64,000 nucleotides of DNA from Alphaproteobacteria bacterium. Lineage in GTDB: Bacteria; Pseudomonadota; Alphaproteobacteria; UBA828. Below the pieces are notes generated by a model, which was not told the origin of the DNA, ran no database searches, and saw only the letters and a list, made by a program, of their open reading frames with translations. A program made the translations under genes and the position numbers. Numbering within the stretch: position 1 is the stretch's first letter; the number at the start of each line of letters is the position of its first letter. The stretch is from positions 269,925 through 333,924 of the forward strand of contig CBDCGS010000011.1 of assembly GCA_965216915.1 (NCBI GenBank), in the 5' to 3' direction. Below are positions 8,733 to 18,959 of this stretch, piece after piece.

Positions 8733-10553
8733 TCAGCTGGCCTTGCGCGCGCGAGCAGCCCGGCGGCGCATCGTCGGGTCGAGCTCGCGCTTGCGCAGGC
8801 GTATATGCGCCGGCGTGACCTCGACCAGCTCGTCGTCGGCGATGTAGGCGAGCGCGGCCTCGAGGCCAAGCTCCCGTGGCGGCGAAAGGCGCACCGCGTC
8901 GTCACGCCCAGCCGCGCGAAAGTTCGTGAGCTGCTTGGCCTTGAGCGGGTTGACGTCGAGATCGACGTCGCGCGCGTGCTCGCCAATGAGCATCCCGCGA
9001 TAGACCGGCGTGCCCGGCACGATGAAAAGCTCGCCACGCTCCTCGAGATTCCAGAGCGCATAGGCCACGGCCTCGCCCCGCTCGCTCGACACCAAAACAC
9101 CGTTGCGCCGGCCCGGCACTGAGCCCGCGTAGGGCTCATAGGCGCCGAAAACGCGATGCATCACGCCGGTGCCGCGGGTCGCGGTGAGCAGCTCGCCGTT
9201 GTAGCCGATGAGCCCGCGCGAGGGCCCGTGGAACAGAAGCCGCGTCTTGCCGAGGCCCGAGGGCGCCATGTCCACCAGAATCGCACGGCGCGGGGCGAGG
9301 GTGTTCACCACGTCGCCGATATGCGCCTCGTCGACGTCGATCTGAATGTCCTCCATCGGCTCGAGCGGCGCACCGCCGGCCGGATCGTCGCGCAGCAAGA
9401 CCCGCGGCCGGCTCACCGAGAGCTCATAGCCCTCGCGACGCATGGTCTCGATGAGCACCGCGAGCTGCAGCTCCCCGCGCGCCGCGACCTCGAAGCTGTT
9501 TTCGTCCTCGGTCTCGCGCACCGTGATCGCGACATTGCCCTCGGCCTCGCGCGCGAGCCGTGCGCCAATCTCGCGCGACGTGAGATAGCTGCCGTCGGTA
9601 CCGGCGAGCGGCGAATCATTCACCGAGAACACCATGGCGATCGTCGGCGGATCGACCGGCTCGGCATCGAGCGGGGTGTCGGCGGGCGGGAGCACCACCG
9701 TGTCGGCCACCGATGCGGACTTCAGGCCCGCGAGGCTCACGATCTCACCGGCGTCGGCGCGTTCCGTCGGCAGGCGCTGCAGCCCATGCGCGCGCAGCAG
9801 CTTCGTCACGCGCGCCTCCTCGACCTTGCAGCCGTCGCGGCGCAGCGCGATCGCGATGTCGTTGACGGCAATCGCCCCGGAGGTGACGCGGCCGGTGACC
9901 ACGCGTCCGAGATAGGGATCGGATTCGATCAGGCTGACCAGCATGCGAAAGGGCCCCGGCGCGACTGTCGGGGGCGCCACATGCGCGGCGATCGTATCGA
10001 GCAAGGGCGCGAGATCGCTGCCCGCGCGCGCCTCGTCGAGCGAGGCCCAACCCGCGCGGGCGGAGGTGTAGACCACCGGAAAGTCGAGCTGCGCATCGCT
10101 CGCACCCAGGGCGGCAAAGAGATCGAACACCGCCTCATGCACGACGTTCGGGCGCGCGTCCGGCCGATCCATCTTGCTGATTGCGACGATCGGCCGGAGC
10201 CCCAGCCGGAGCGCCTTGCCGACCACGAACTTGGTTTGGGGCATCGGCCCCTCCGCGGCATCCACGAGGACGAGCACGCCGTCGACCATGCCCAACACAC
10301 GCTCCACCTCGCCGCCGAAATCCGCGTGGCCGGGCGTGTCGACGATATTGATGCGCACACCGCGCCAGTCGATCGCCGTGGTCTTGGCGAGAATGGTGAT
10401 GCCCCGTTCGCGCTCCAGATCACCACGATCGAGCGCACGCTCCTGCACGCGCTGGTTGCTGCGCACGAGGCCACTTTCGCGCAGCATGGCGTCGACCAGG
10501 GTCGTCTTGCCGTGGTCGACATGCGCGATGATCGCAATGTTGCGTAGCTCCAT
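8733..10553 (-). CDS. typA: Translational GTPase TypA/BipA
   Basis: [72 protein letters not shown]. Confidence 0.97.
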   Translation of the reverse strand: MELRNIAIIAHVDHGKTTLVDAMLRESGLVRSNQRVQERALDRGDLERERGITILAKTTAIDWRGVRINIVDTPGHADFGGEVERVLGMVDGVLVLVDAAEGPMPQTKFVVGKALRLGLRPIVAISKMDRPDARPNVVHEAVFDLFAALGASDAQLDFPVVYTSARAGWASLDEARAGSDLAPLLDTIAAHVAPPTVAPGPFRMLVSLIESDPYLGRVVTGRVTSGAIAVNDIAIALRRDGCKVEEARVTKLLRAHGLQRLPTERADAGEIVSLAGLKSASVADTVVLPPADTPLDAEPVDPPTIAMVFSVNDSPLAGTDGSYLTSREIGARLAREAEGNVAITVRETEDENSFEVAARGELQLAVLIETMRREGYELSVSRPRVLLRDDPAGGAPLEPMEDIQIDVDEAHIGDVVNTLAPRRAILVDMAPSGLGKTRLLFHGPSRGLIGYNGELLTATRGTGVMHRVFGAYEPYAGSVPGRRNGVLVSSERGEAVAYALWNLEERGELFIVPGTPVYRGMLIGEHARDVDLDVNPLKAKQLTNFRAAGRDDAVRLSPPRELGLEAALAYIADDELVEVTPAHIRLRKRELDPTMRRRAARARKAS

Positions 10554-10788
10554 GGCCCTTTCGGTGTCGCTGGGGGCGATTGCGTGCCGCGCGCCCAGCG
10601 GATAGAGTTCCGGTCCCCACGCGGCCAACTGCGGCCGCGGGCGGTGCCGAACGGTGGATCGGCCGGCCTTCTGGGGCACCGGCGGCGGGTGGAGATGCGG
10701 ACGCGCCTCCTCCACTTGGCGAAGCCGCCCCTATACCGCAAGAGATGGGATGGAGCGAGGCTTTTTGAGGCCCCGAATGCTGCCGCGT

Positions 10789-11610
10789 ATGAAAGCTGCG
10801 AGGCCGACGCGAGAGGCACACCGACGTGGCGTGCGCTGGGCTCGGCGCGGCCTCCTGGCGGGCCTCCTCGCGGCGGCGATGATCGCCCACGCGCCGCGCG
10901 CCCACGGCGCCGACGAGATCCTGGTGTTTGCGGCGGCGAGCATGGCGGCTCCCATCGACGATGCCATCCGCGCCTTCGCGGCGGGCGCGGGCGCGCGGGT
11001 GCGCGGGGTCTATGCCGGCACCTCCACGCTCGCGCGCCAGATCGAGCAGGGCGCGCCTGCGAGCCTGTTCATCTCGGCGAACGAGGCATGGATGGACTAT
11101 GTCGCCGAGCGCGGGCTCATCGAGGCGGCGAGCCGCGTGCGCTTGGTCGGCAATCGCCTCGTCCTCATCGCACCCGCCGACAGCGCGCTCCCGGACTCGC
11201 TCCGGCTCGATGACGATTGGGCGACGCTCGTGGGTGACCGGCGCCTCGCGGTGGGTGACCCGGCGCACGTCCCGGTCGGCATCTACACGGCCCAAGCGCT
11301 GCGCGCCCTCGGGCACTGGCCGGTGCTGCACAGCAAGCTCGCGCCCGCGGCCGATGTGCGTGGCGTGACGGCGCTGGTGGCGCGCGGCGAGGCGCCGCTC
11401 GGTGTGGTCTACGCCAGCGACCTCGGCTTGAGCGGCGCCGTGCGGGCCGTTGCGACGATCCCGAGCCACCTGCACGACCCCATCACCTATTCGGCTGCCC
11501 TGATCGAGGGCGGCGCGTCGCCGCTCGCGCGGCGCTTCCTCGATTTCCTCTTGAGCCCCGAGGCGCGTGAGATCTTCGCGCGCCACGGCTTCACGACCGA
11601 TCTGCCGTGA
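10789..11610 (+). CDS. modA: Molybdate ABC transporter substrate-binding protein (start uncertain)
   Basis: VFAAAS, STLARQIEQGAPASLFISA, GNRLVL, GDPAHVPVGIY, VYASD, PITY; directly upstream of modB. Confidence 0.92.
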   Translation: MKAARPTREAHRRGVRWARRGLLAGLLAAAMIAHAPRAHGADEILVFAAASMAAPIDDAIRAFAAGAGARVRGVYAGTSTLARQIEQGAPASLFISANEAWMDYVAERGLIEAASRVRLVGNRLVLIAPADSALPDSLRLDDDWATLVGDRRLAVGDPAHVPVGIYTAQALRALGHWPVLHSKLAPAADVRGVTALVARGEAPLGVVYASDLGLSGAVRAVATIPSHLHDPITYSAALIEGGASPLARRFLDFLLSPEAREIFARHGFTTDLP

Positions 11611-12302
11611 TGGGACTGACGCCGCTCGAGAACGAAGCGATCCTGCTCAGCCTCCGCGTCGCGGGATGGGCGGTGCTGGTGAGCCTGCCCCTCGGGATCG
11701 CGGTGGCGTGGCTCCTCGCACGCCATCGCTTTCCGGGGCACACGCTCCTCAATGGCCTGGTGCACATGCCGCTCGTTGTTCCACCCGTGGTGGTGGGCTA
11801 CCTGCTGCTCCTGCTACTCGGGCGTAAGGGGCCGATCGGCAGCTGGCTCGACGATTGGTTCGGCGTAACCCTCGCGTTCACCTGGCAAGGTGCGGCGATC
11901 GCGGCCGCCGTCGTCTCGTTTCCACTCATGGTGCGCGCAATCCGTCTTTCGATCGAGGCGGTCGACGTGCGCCTCGAGGCCGCGGCCCGAACCCTCGGCG
12001 CGCCGCGCTATTGGGTGTTTGCGACGGTGAGCCTGCCTCTGATCGCCCCGGGCATCCTCACGGGCGTGATCCTCGCCTTCGCCCGCAGCCTCGGCGAGTT
12101 CGGCGCGACCATCACGTTCGTCTCCAACATCCCCGGCGAGACGCGCACGCTCCCGCTCGCCCTCTATGGCCTCACCCAGGTGCCGGGCGAGACCGACGGC
12201 GCGCTTCGGCTGATGATCATCTCGCTCGTGATCGCACTGGCCGCGCTCATCGCCTCGGAGCTCATCGCCCGGGCCGTGCGACGGCGATTGGCGGCCGGCT
12301 AA
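11610..12302 (+). CDS. modB: Molybdate ABC transporter permease
   Basis: HMPLVVPPVVVGY, FPLMVRAIRLS, FARSLGEFGATITFVSNIPGETRTLPLA. Confidence 0.95.
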   Translation: MGLTPLENEAILLSLRVAGWAVLVSLPLGIAVAWLLARHRFPGHTLLNGLVHMPLVVPPVVVGYLLLLLLGRKGPIGSWLDDWFGVTLAFTWQGAAIAAAVVSFPLMVRAIRLSIEAVDVRLEAAARTLGAPRYWVFATVSLPLIAPGILTGVILAFARSLGEFGATITFVSNIPGETRTLPLALYGLTQVPGETDGALRLMIISLVIALAALIASELIARAVRRRLAAG

Positions 12303-13498
12303 TGCTCGCGATCGACGCCCGCAAGCGCCTTGGCGCCTTCGCGCTCGATATCGCGTTCGAGGCCGATGCCCGCGGCGTGGTCGCGCTCTTCGGCGCATCG
12401 GGGTCCGGCAAGACGACCACGGTCGACATGATCGCAGGCCTCGCCCGCCCCGATGAGGGCATGATCTCGTTGGACGGCGCGGTGCTCTTCGAGTCGTCGA
12501 CGGGATCCCATGTGAAGCCCGAGAGACGGCGCATCGGCTATGTCTTCCAGGATGCACGCCTCTTTCCGCACATGAGCGTGCGCCGCAACCTTCTCTACGG
12601 CCGCCGGTTTGCCCCGCGCGCGGCCCGCCGTGTGGCATTGGACGACATCGTCGCGCTGCTCGGGCTCGACCGCTTGCTGCGGCGCCGGCCCGCGGGGCTT
12701 TCCGGCGGCGAGCGGCAGCGGGTGGCGATTGGCCGCGCCCTGTTGGCCGAGCCCGCGCTGCTCTTGATGGACGAGCCCCTGGCGTCGCTCGACGCATCCC
12801 GACGCAACGAGATCCTCGGTTATGTCGAGCGTCTGCGCGATGATATCGGGGTCCCGATCGTCTATGTCAGCCATTCGATCGATGAGGTGGCGCGCCTCGC
12901 CGGCACCATGGTCGTGCTCTCGGAGGGCCGCGTGGCCGCCGTCGGATCCACCGCCGACATCATGGCGCGCCTCGATCTCGATCCTGTGGTCGCGGGCGAT
13001 GACCCGAGCGCGCTCCTGCCCGTCGCCGTCGACGGGCACGACGATGCCTTCGCGCTCACGGCCCTCCGCTTGCCGGGGGGCGGCCGACTGCATGTCTCGC
13101 GCTTCGACGCGCCTCTGGGCCAACGCCTCCATGTGCGGATCAAGGCCCGCGATGTCGCCATCGCGACCGAGGAGCCGCGGGCGACCAGCGTGCTCAACGT
13201 GCTGCAAGGCCGCATCACCGATCGTGCCCCGATGGGTCAGGGCGCCGTCGACTTCGCGATCGATGTGGGCGCGCCGTTGCGGGCGCGGATCACCGCGCGC
13301 TCTGCGCACCAGCTCGGACTTGCGCCGGGTGACCCGGTGTTCGCGCTGATCAAGAGCGTCGCCATCGATTCGACTCGTGTCGGCGCCACCAGCCGCTTGT
13401 CAGGCCCCACCGAACCTGAGACCCTGCGCCAAGGTGCAACCGCCAAGGGAAGGAACAGCGATGGGATCGGCAACGCCAACCCAACTCATCGACAATGA
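12302..13498 (+). CDS. modC: Molybdate ABC transporter ATPase with TOBE domain
   Basis: GASGSGKTT, YVFQDARLFPH, LSGGERQRVAIGRAL, MDEPLASLD, SVLNVL, ALIKSVAI. Start ATG 12302 overlaps the modB stop. Confidence 0.95.
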   Translation: MLAIDARKRLGAFALDIAFEADARGVVALFGASGSGKTTTVDMIAGLARPDEGMISLDGAVLFESSTGSHVKPERRRIGYVFQDARLFPHMSVRRNLLYGRRFAPRAARRVALDDIVALLGLDRLLRRRPAGLSGGERQRVAIGRALLAEPALLLMDEPLASLDASRRNEILGYVERLRDDIGVPIVYVSHSIDEVARLAGTMVVLSEGRVAAVGSTADIMARLDLDPVVAGDDPSALLPVAVDGHDDAFALTALRLPGGGRLHVSRFDAPLGQRLHVRIKARDVAIATEEPRATSVLNVLQGRITDRAPMGQGAVDFAIDVGAPLRARITARSAHQLGLAPGDPVFALIKSVAIDSTRVGATSRLSGPTEPETLRQGATAKGRNSDGIGNANPTHRQ

Positions 13499-13742
13499 GC
13501 GCGTGCGCGTCACCGAATGGCGTTTTCGCCCGGGTGAATCCACCGGCTGGCATCGGCATGGCTTCGACTATGTCGTGGTCCCCATGACGACCGGGAAGCT
13601 GCATCTCAAGGAGACCGACGGCGAGCGCACCATCGAGATCGTCACCGGCCAGCCCTACTTCCGCGAGGAGGGCGTCGAGCACGACGTGATCAACCCGAGC
13701 GACACCGACGACGTGATCTTCGTCGAGGTTGAGATGAAATAG
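13461..13742 (+). CDS. Small cupin-domain protein
   Basis: DNERVRVTEWRFRPG..TGWHRHGFDYVVVP...GVEHDVIN...FVEVE; RBS AAGGA upstream. Confidence 0.88.
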   Translation: MGSATPTQLIDNERVRVTEWRFRPGESTGWHRHGFDYVVVPMTTGKLHLKETDGERTIEIVTGQPYFREEGVEHDVINPSDTDDVIFVEVEMK

Positions 13743-13753
13743 TGGTCGGCCAC

Positions 13754-13806
13754 AAACACCGGCGCAGGCCCGAGGGCCGGTCTTCCGCCGGCCCTCGTCG
13801 TGTTTC
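13754..13806. terminator. Hairpin between convergent genes (possible bidirectional terminator)
   Basis: CGAGGGCCGG-TCTTCCG-CCGGCCCTCG 10-bp stem flanked by AAACAC/GTGTTT. Confidence 0.55.
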
Positions 13807-13811
13807 GGCGG

Positions 13812-14441
13812 CTACGCCGCGAGCTGAGGCTGCGTCGCGCCGAAGCTCTCCCGCGCGGCCATGGCGTCTTGCCAGCGCTCGATGTTGCCGAACTTCTTCA
13901 GAAGCTCACCGCCTTCGGGCGTGATGCCGGTGTACGCCAACACCGGGACATAGAAGAAGTCGGCAATGCTCAGCGCACCGCCCGCCATGAACCCGGATGC
14001 GCCGAGATTGTCGTCGATCAGCGCGAGCTGTGTCTCGATATTGGGGAGATTGTCGCGGAGCGCGTCTTCATCCACCGCCTGACCGCGTTGCGGGTACACC
14101 AAGCGAGGCAAGACCAACCCGCCGACCACCGTCGGATACACATAGTCGAGCAAGACGCTCACCCATTGGAACATGCTGGCGCGACCGGCGGCATCCGCCG
14201 GCTGGATGCGCGGGCCGTCGAACGCCTCGTCGACATAGACCGCGATCGCCAAGGTCTCGAACAGGCGCACGTCGCCGTGCGTCATCGCCGGCATCTTTAG
14301 GAACGGGTGGACGGCGCGGTGCTCCGCCGAGCCGAACTCGAAGCCGGCGATGGTGTACGGCACGCCCTTCTCCTCGCAGGCGAGCCGCGCCGTGCGCATG
14401 TAGGTGCTCGGGGGAAACCCGTGCAATACCAGATCGGCCAT
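13812..14441 (-). CDS. Glutathione S-transferase family protein
   Basis: LHGFPPSTY...EEKGVPY...HPFLKMP...LFETLAIAVYVDE...SIADF. Confidence 0.9.
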   Translation of the reverse strand: MADLVLHGFPPSTYMRTARLACEEKGVPYTIAGFEFGSAEHRAVHPFLKMPAMTHGDVRLFETLAIAVYVDEAFDGPRIQPADAAGRASMFQWVSVLLDYVYPTVVGGLVLPRLVYPQRGQAVDEDALRDNLPNIETQLALIDDNLGASGFMAGGALSIADFFYVPVLAYTGITPEGGELLKKFGNIERWQDAMAARESFGATQPQLAA

Positions 14442-14446
14442 GATCA

Positions 14447-14902
14447 TCATCTCCTTTCGAGGAAGTCCGCGAAGCAGTCCAGCGTGCTGGACCAACCCTG
14501 TTTGTGCGCTGCCACGGCGCCTTCGCTCGGCAGCAGAGCGTGGGTGAGGTGGATCTCGGTGGCGTCACCGACCGGACGAAAGTCAACCGTCACCAGCATC
14601 TCGCGACCCGCCAGATCGCCTTGCTCCCACACCCATGAGTAGACAAGCCGCTCGGGCGCCACGACCTCGTGGAACGTGCCGTGGAGCCAATGGCCGATGC
14701 CATCGGCGCCGCGCATCTCCAGGCGATAGGCGCCGCCGGGTCTGACATCGAACTCTTCCAGGATGGCGGTCATGCCGGCGGGTCCCCACCACTGCGAAAA
14801 ACGCTCGGCCTCGGACCAAGCTTTGAAGACGACGTCGCGTGGCGCCGAGAAAACGCGCCGGATCTCGAGCGTGTGCTCTGCGGTGGCCGCGGGCTCCGCC
14901 AT
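14447..14902 (-). CDS. SRPBCC/AHSA1-like domain protein
   Basis: RRVFSAPRDVVFKAWS...WWGP...DVRPGGAYR...PERLVYSW...HKQGWSSTLD. Confidence 0.9.
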   Translation of the reverse strand: MAEPAATAEHTLEIRRVFSAPRDVVFKAWSEAERFSQWWGPAGMTAILEEFDVRPGGAYRLEMRGADGIGHWLHGTFHEVVAPERLVYSWVWEQGDLAGREMLVTVDFRPVGDATEIHLTHALLPSEGAVAAHKQGWSSTLDCFADFLERR

Positions 14903-15247
14903 CTATTCACTCCCTTCGGGTTGCGTGGTTTCGAGATAGGCGGCAAGCGAATCGAGCTGCACATCCCAAAATTGCCGGTAGCGATCGATCCAATCCGCCG
15001 CCTCGCGCATCGACGCTGGTTTGAGCCGACAGCGGTGAACCCGCCCTTCGCGCCGCCGCGCGATGAGGCCTGCGTTCTCCAAGACGCGCAAATGGCGCGA
15101 GATCGCCGGCGGGGAGATGTCGAACGGCGCGGCGAGCTCGCCCACGCTACGCTCACCCGAGGCGAGCTGCGCGAGGATCGCCCGGCGAGTCGGATCCGCC
15201 AGCGCGCCGAAAGTCAGATCGAGCGGGGTCGCCGAATTATTAACCAT
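14903..15247 (-). CDS. ArsR-family regulator (SRPBCC-associated)
   Basis: FGALADPTRRAIL...VGELAAPFDISPPAISRHLRVLENAGLI...FWDVQLDSL. Confidence 0.9.
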   Translation of the reverse strand: MVNNSATPLDLTFGALADPTRRAILAQLASGERSVGELAAPFDISPPAISRHLRVLENAGLIARRREGRVHRCRLKPASMREAADWIDRYRQFWDVQLDSLAAYLETTQPEGSE

Positions 15248-15282
15248 ATGGTTAAGTTTGATCGCGCGCCACACAATGTCAA
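15240..15282 (-). promoter_or_regulatory. Promoter (TTGACA) with perfect palindromic operator TTAACCATATGGTTAA over the ArsR start codon
   Basis: 16-bp perfect palindrome at 15240-15255 containing the ATG; minus-strand TTGACA at 15282-15277. Confidence 0.75.
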
Positions 15283-15326
15283 GCCCGCCGTGGCGGGACC
15301 CGGGGATCCTTGTGGGCGCGAAGGTG

Positions 15327-15348
15327 CTGTAAGAAAAGCGTCACAAAA
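15327..15348 (+). promoter_or_regulatory. Candidate Pho box
   Basis: CTGTAAG-AAAA-GCGTCAC-AAAA has 11-bp periodicity and resembles CTGTCAT-A(A/T)A(T/A)-CTGTCAC; upstream of pstS. Confidence 0.55.
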
Positions 15349-15459
15349 TCGTATCATTTCCTTGGTGGGCTCCACGTAGCGTCGCGTCCGCGGTCGCCGG
15401 GGCGCAATGGGGCGCTCGCGCACCGCATGCTTCTCGAGCCCTCATTGGGAGATCTCGCC

Positions 15460-16515
15460 GTGCTCAGAAAACCCCTCGCGACCGCCGCAGCGCTTGCCGT
15501 CACGCTTGTGGTGTCTGCCGCCATCACCCAAGCGGCCGATGCGCGCGATCAAATTCGCATCGTCGGCTCCTCCACCGTGTTCCCGTTCTCCACGGCCGTC
15601 GCCGAGGAATTCGGGAAGGTCACCGAGTTCAAAGTGCCAGTCGTCGAGAGCACGGGCTCCGGCGGCGGCCTCAAGCTGTTCTGCGCCGGCGTCGGCGTGG
15701 GGCATCCAGACGTTACCAACGCGTCCCGTCGCATCAAGCAGTCCGAAGTCGAGACCTGCGCGAAGAACGGCGTGGCCGAGATCACCGAGGTGAAGATCGG
15801 TTTCGACGGCATCGTGCTGGCGAACTCGAAAAAAACCGATCAGGTGAGCCTGACTCTCCAGCAGCTTTTCCTGGCTCTCGCGAAGGACGTTCCGCAAGAC
15901 GGCAAGCTCGTGCCGAACCCGTACAAGAAGTGGTCGGAGATCGACGCCTCCCTACCCGACCGCGAGATCGAGGTGCTCGGCCCTCCGCCGACCTCGGGCA
16001 CGCGCGATGCCTTCGTCGAGCTCGCGATGGAGGGTGGTTGCAAGACCTTCCCCGATATCAAGGCCCTCAAGAAGAGCGACAAGTCGCAGTACAAGGCGGT
16101 TTGCCATTCGATCCGTGAGGATGGCGCCTTCATCGAGGCAGGCGAGAACGACAACCTGATCGTCCAGAAGCTGGAGGCCAATCCGGCCGCGCTGGGCGTG
16201 TTCGGTTTCAGCTTCCTCGACCAGAACCGCGACAAGATCCAGGGCAGCCTGATCAACGGTGTCGCGCCAGAGTTCGATTCCATCACCAACGGTGATTACC
16301 CGGTGTCGCGCTCGCTCTACTTCTACGTCAAGCGCGCGCATGTCGGCGTCGTTCCGGGGATCGGCGAATTCATCGCAACGTTCACCGACGAAGATACCTG
16401 GGGCCCGTTCGGCTTTTTGATCGACAAAGGCCTGATCCCGCTGCCCGATGACGAGCGCGACGCCATGCGCGCCCAGGCAACCGGCATGGCCCAGCTCGAC
16501 ATGAGCAAAGAGTAG
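15460..16515 (+). CDS. pstS: Phosphate ABC transporter substrate-binding protein
   Basis: RDQIRIVGSSTVFPF, ESTGSGGGLKLFC, NASRRIK, GPPPTSGTRDAF, YPVSRSLYFYVK; GTG start after GGGAGA. Confidence 0.93.
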   Translation: MLRKPLATAAALAVTLVVSAAITQAADARDQIRIVGSSTVFPFSTAVAEEFGKVTEFKVPVVESTGSGGGLKLFCAGVGVGHPDVTNASRRIKQSEVETCAKNGVAEITEVKIGFDGIVLANSKKTDQVSLTLQQLFLALAKDVPQDGKLVPNPYKKWSEIDASLPDREIEVLGPPPTSGTRDAFVELAMEGGCKTFPDIKALKKSDKSQYKAVCHSIREDGAFIEAGENDNLIVQKLEANPAALGVFGFSFLDQNRDKIQGSLINGVAPEFDSITNGDYPVSRSLYFYVKRAHVGVVPGIGEFIATFTDEDTWGPFGFLIDKGLIPLPDDERDAMRAQATGMAQLDMSKE

Positions 16516-16655
16516 TCATCCGACCTCACCGGGAGCACCCCGGCCACTTCGGCGCCCGCTCGCGCAAGGGAGCGGGCGCAATCTTTTGGCAAGGTCTAGC
16601 GATGCTATAATGGCGGGAGTTTTCATGAAATTGCCACGCGTCGCGGGATTGTTGC

Positions 16656-18893
16656 GTGCGCTTCTTACGACGCATCTTTCGCCGATTCAGCTGGACACAT
16701 TCGATCGCGCTCGGCGTGCTCGCGCTGTTCGTGATCCTGCGCGGGCTCGATTCCGCGCCGGTCGAAATCCTCCGGCTTAACGTTTTCGACGGCTATCAAC
16801 AGCTGAAGCCGCGCGAATCGCTGGAAAATCCGCCGATTGTCATCGTCGATGTCGATGAGGAAAGCCTCAAGGCCCATGGGCAATGGCCGTGGCCCCGCAC
16901 CCTCGTGGCATCGCTGGTCGAGGTTCTGCACCACAACGGTGTCAACGCGATCGCCTTCGACATTCTGTTTGCCGAGGAGGACCGTACATCGGGCGCCAAC
17001 ATCGCCCGAATTCTGCCCTCGCTCGGAGAGGACACCAGCAACGCGCTGAGGGCGCTGCAGAGCAACGACAGCGTGCTCGCGGACGCCTTTCAACGGGGAC
17101 GCGTGGTGCTCGGCCAGTCGGTGATCGGGCGCTCCGTCGAGGGCGATGACAGCCGCAAATCGCTAAAGGCGAATTTCGCCTACCGGTCTGCACCGGGGGT
17201 CGATGCGCGCGACCACGTCAAGCGCTATCCGGCGCTCGTGCGCAACCTGCCGATTCTGGAGGAGGCCGCCACCGGCATCGGCGTCTTCACGATCGAGCCC
17301 TCGCTCGACGGCATCGTACGCCAGGTTCCGCTTCTGCTCCGCGTGGGCGAGCACGTTTACCCGGCGCTTTCCATCGAGCTCCTGAGGGTCGCGAGCGCCC
17401 AATCGACCTTTGCCGTGCTGGCGCCGCAACCGAACGGAATCCAGTCGTTGCGCGTGCCCGCCGGCCAAGACCCGCGCGTCGTGCCCACCGAAGGCAATGG
17501 TCAAGTGTGGGTGCACTTCGCGCCCCACAATCCCGATATCTACGTGTCGGCGGCGGATATTCTTAGCGGTGCCGTCGGGCCTGAGCGCCTGGCCGGCCGA
17601 TTGGCCTTCGTCGGAACCTCGGCGATCGGCCTTCGCGACATCAAAGCGACGCCCGTCGAGGAGGCAATGCCCGGCGTCGAGGTTCACGCCCAGCTGGTCG
17701 AGACGATCCTCACCAACGATTTCCTCACCCGCCCCTTTTGGGCGATCGGCGCCGAGATCACCGCGCTGATCTTCGTCGGCCTGCTGTTGGTCGGCACGGT
17801 GCCGTTCCTCGGCGCGGTCTGGACGCTCCTCCTCGGCACAGGCATCGTCGCCGCCCTGCTCGGCCTCTCCTGGTATCTCTTTGCCGAGCAAGGGTTCCTG
17901 CTCGACATGGTCTACGTCTCGATCGCGAGCTTCGTGGTCTATGTCGTCCTGACCTACCTCAACTACATGCGCGAGGAGCGCGAGCGTCGCCAGGTGAGGG
18001 GCGCGTTCAGCCGTTACATGTCGCCGGACCTGGTCGCCCAACTCGCCGACGACCCCAGCCGGCTCAAGCTCGGCGGCGAGATGCGCGACATGACGCTTTT
18101 GTTTGCCGATATCCGGGGTTTCACGACGATCTCCGAGCAATTCGACGCCCAGGGGCTTACCCGGTTCATCAACCGTTACCTCACGCCGATGACCAACGTG
18201 ATCCTCGACCGCCGCGGCACCATCGACAAATATATGGGCGACTGCATCATGGCGTTCTGGAATGCGCCGCTCAGGGACGAGAACCATGCCGAGAACGGCG
18301 TGCGGTCCGGCCTCGCCATGCTCGCAGAGAGCGAGCGCATGAACGAGGCGCTCAAGGCGGAAGCCGAGGCGAGCGGACGCAAATACATCCCGCTCCGCAT
18401 CGGCATCGGCGTAAACACGGGCGAATGCTGCGTCGGCAACATGGGCTCCGAATTGCGCTTCGACTACTCGGTGCTCGGCGATAGCGTCAATCTTGCCTCG
18501 CGCCTGGAGGGTCAGTCCAAGAACTATGGCGTCGACTTTGTGATTGGCGAGGACACGCTTGCCCAGCTCGACGGCTTCGCCTGCCTCAAGCTCGACCGCA
18601 TCCAAGTCAAAGGCAAGACCGTACCCGTGGACATTTACTGCGTGCTCGGTGACGAGACGTTGGCGCAAGACCCGAAGTTCCGGGAGCTAGGCGAGCGTCA
18701 CGGCGAGATGCTGAACGCCTACCGCGCGCAAGACTGGAAGGTCATGCGCCGGAAGATCACCGAATGCCGCTCCCTCGACGAGGAGGGCCGCCTCAGCGTG
18801 CTCTACAACCTCTACACGGAGCGGCTCGACGAGTACGAGCGCAATCCGCCAGGCGCGGACTGGGACGGGGTCTACGTCGCGCTCAGCAAGTAG
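16656..18893 (+). CDS. CHASE2-domain class III adenylate cyclase
   Basis: CHASE2 (IVDVDEESL..GQWPWPR, FDILFAEEDR, DGIVRQVPL, PGVEVHAQ), 3 TM helices, catalytic FADIRGFT, DKYMGD, DYSVLGDSVNLASRLE. The Lys/Asp pair indicates ATP specificity. Confidence 0.95.
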   Translation: MRFLRRIFRRFSWTHSIALGVLALFVILRGLDSAPVEILRLNVFDGYQQLKPRESLENPPIVIVDVDEESLKAHGQWPWPRTLVASLVEVLHHNGVNAIAFDILFAEEDRTSGANIARILPSLGEDTSNALRALQSNDSVLADAFQRGRVVLGQSVIGRSVEGDDSRKSLKANFAYRSAPGVDARDHVKRYPALVRNLPILEEAATGIGVFTIEPSLDGIVRQVPLLLRVGEHVYPALSIELLRVASAQSTFAVLAPQPNGIQSLRVPAGQDPRVVPTEGNGQVWVHFAPHNPDIYVSAADILSGAVGPERLAGRLAFVGTSAIGLRDIKATPVEEAMPGVEVHAQLVETILTNDFLTRPFWAIGAEITALIFVGLLLVGTVPFLGAVWTLLLGTGIVAALLGLSWYLFAEQGFLLDMVYVSIASFVVYVVLTYLNYMREERERRQVRGAFSRYMSPDLVAQLADDPSRLKLGGEMRDMTLLFADIRGFTTISEQFDAQGLTRFINRYLTPMTNVILDRRGTIDKYMGDCIMAFWNAPLRDENHAENGVRSGLAMLAESERMNEALKAEAEASGRKYIPLRIGIGVNTGECCVGNMGSELRFDYSVLGDSVNLASRLEGQSKNYGVDFVIGEDTLAQLDGFACLKLDRIQVKGKTVPVDIYCVLGDETLAQDPKFRELGERHGEMLNAYRAQDWKVMRRKITECRSLDEEGRLSVLYNLYTERLDEYERNPPGADWDGVYVALSK

Positions 18894-18959
18894 CCCGAGG
18901 CTCCCTCACGACGCGGCGCAGCGACCCCAGCGCCCGCCGCCGCGGGCAGCGCCGAGACG

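Noticed and set aside
10554-10715. N-terminal extensions in the ORF track (typA, carB, ftsA, ALS-like, acuI, modC, rpoD and others)
   Set aside because: Artefacts of choosing the most upstream start; family homology and RBS or overlap positions point to downstream starts.
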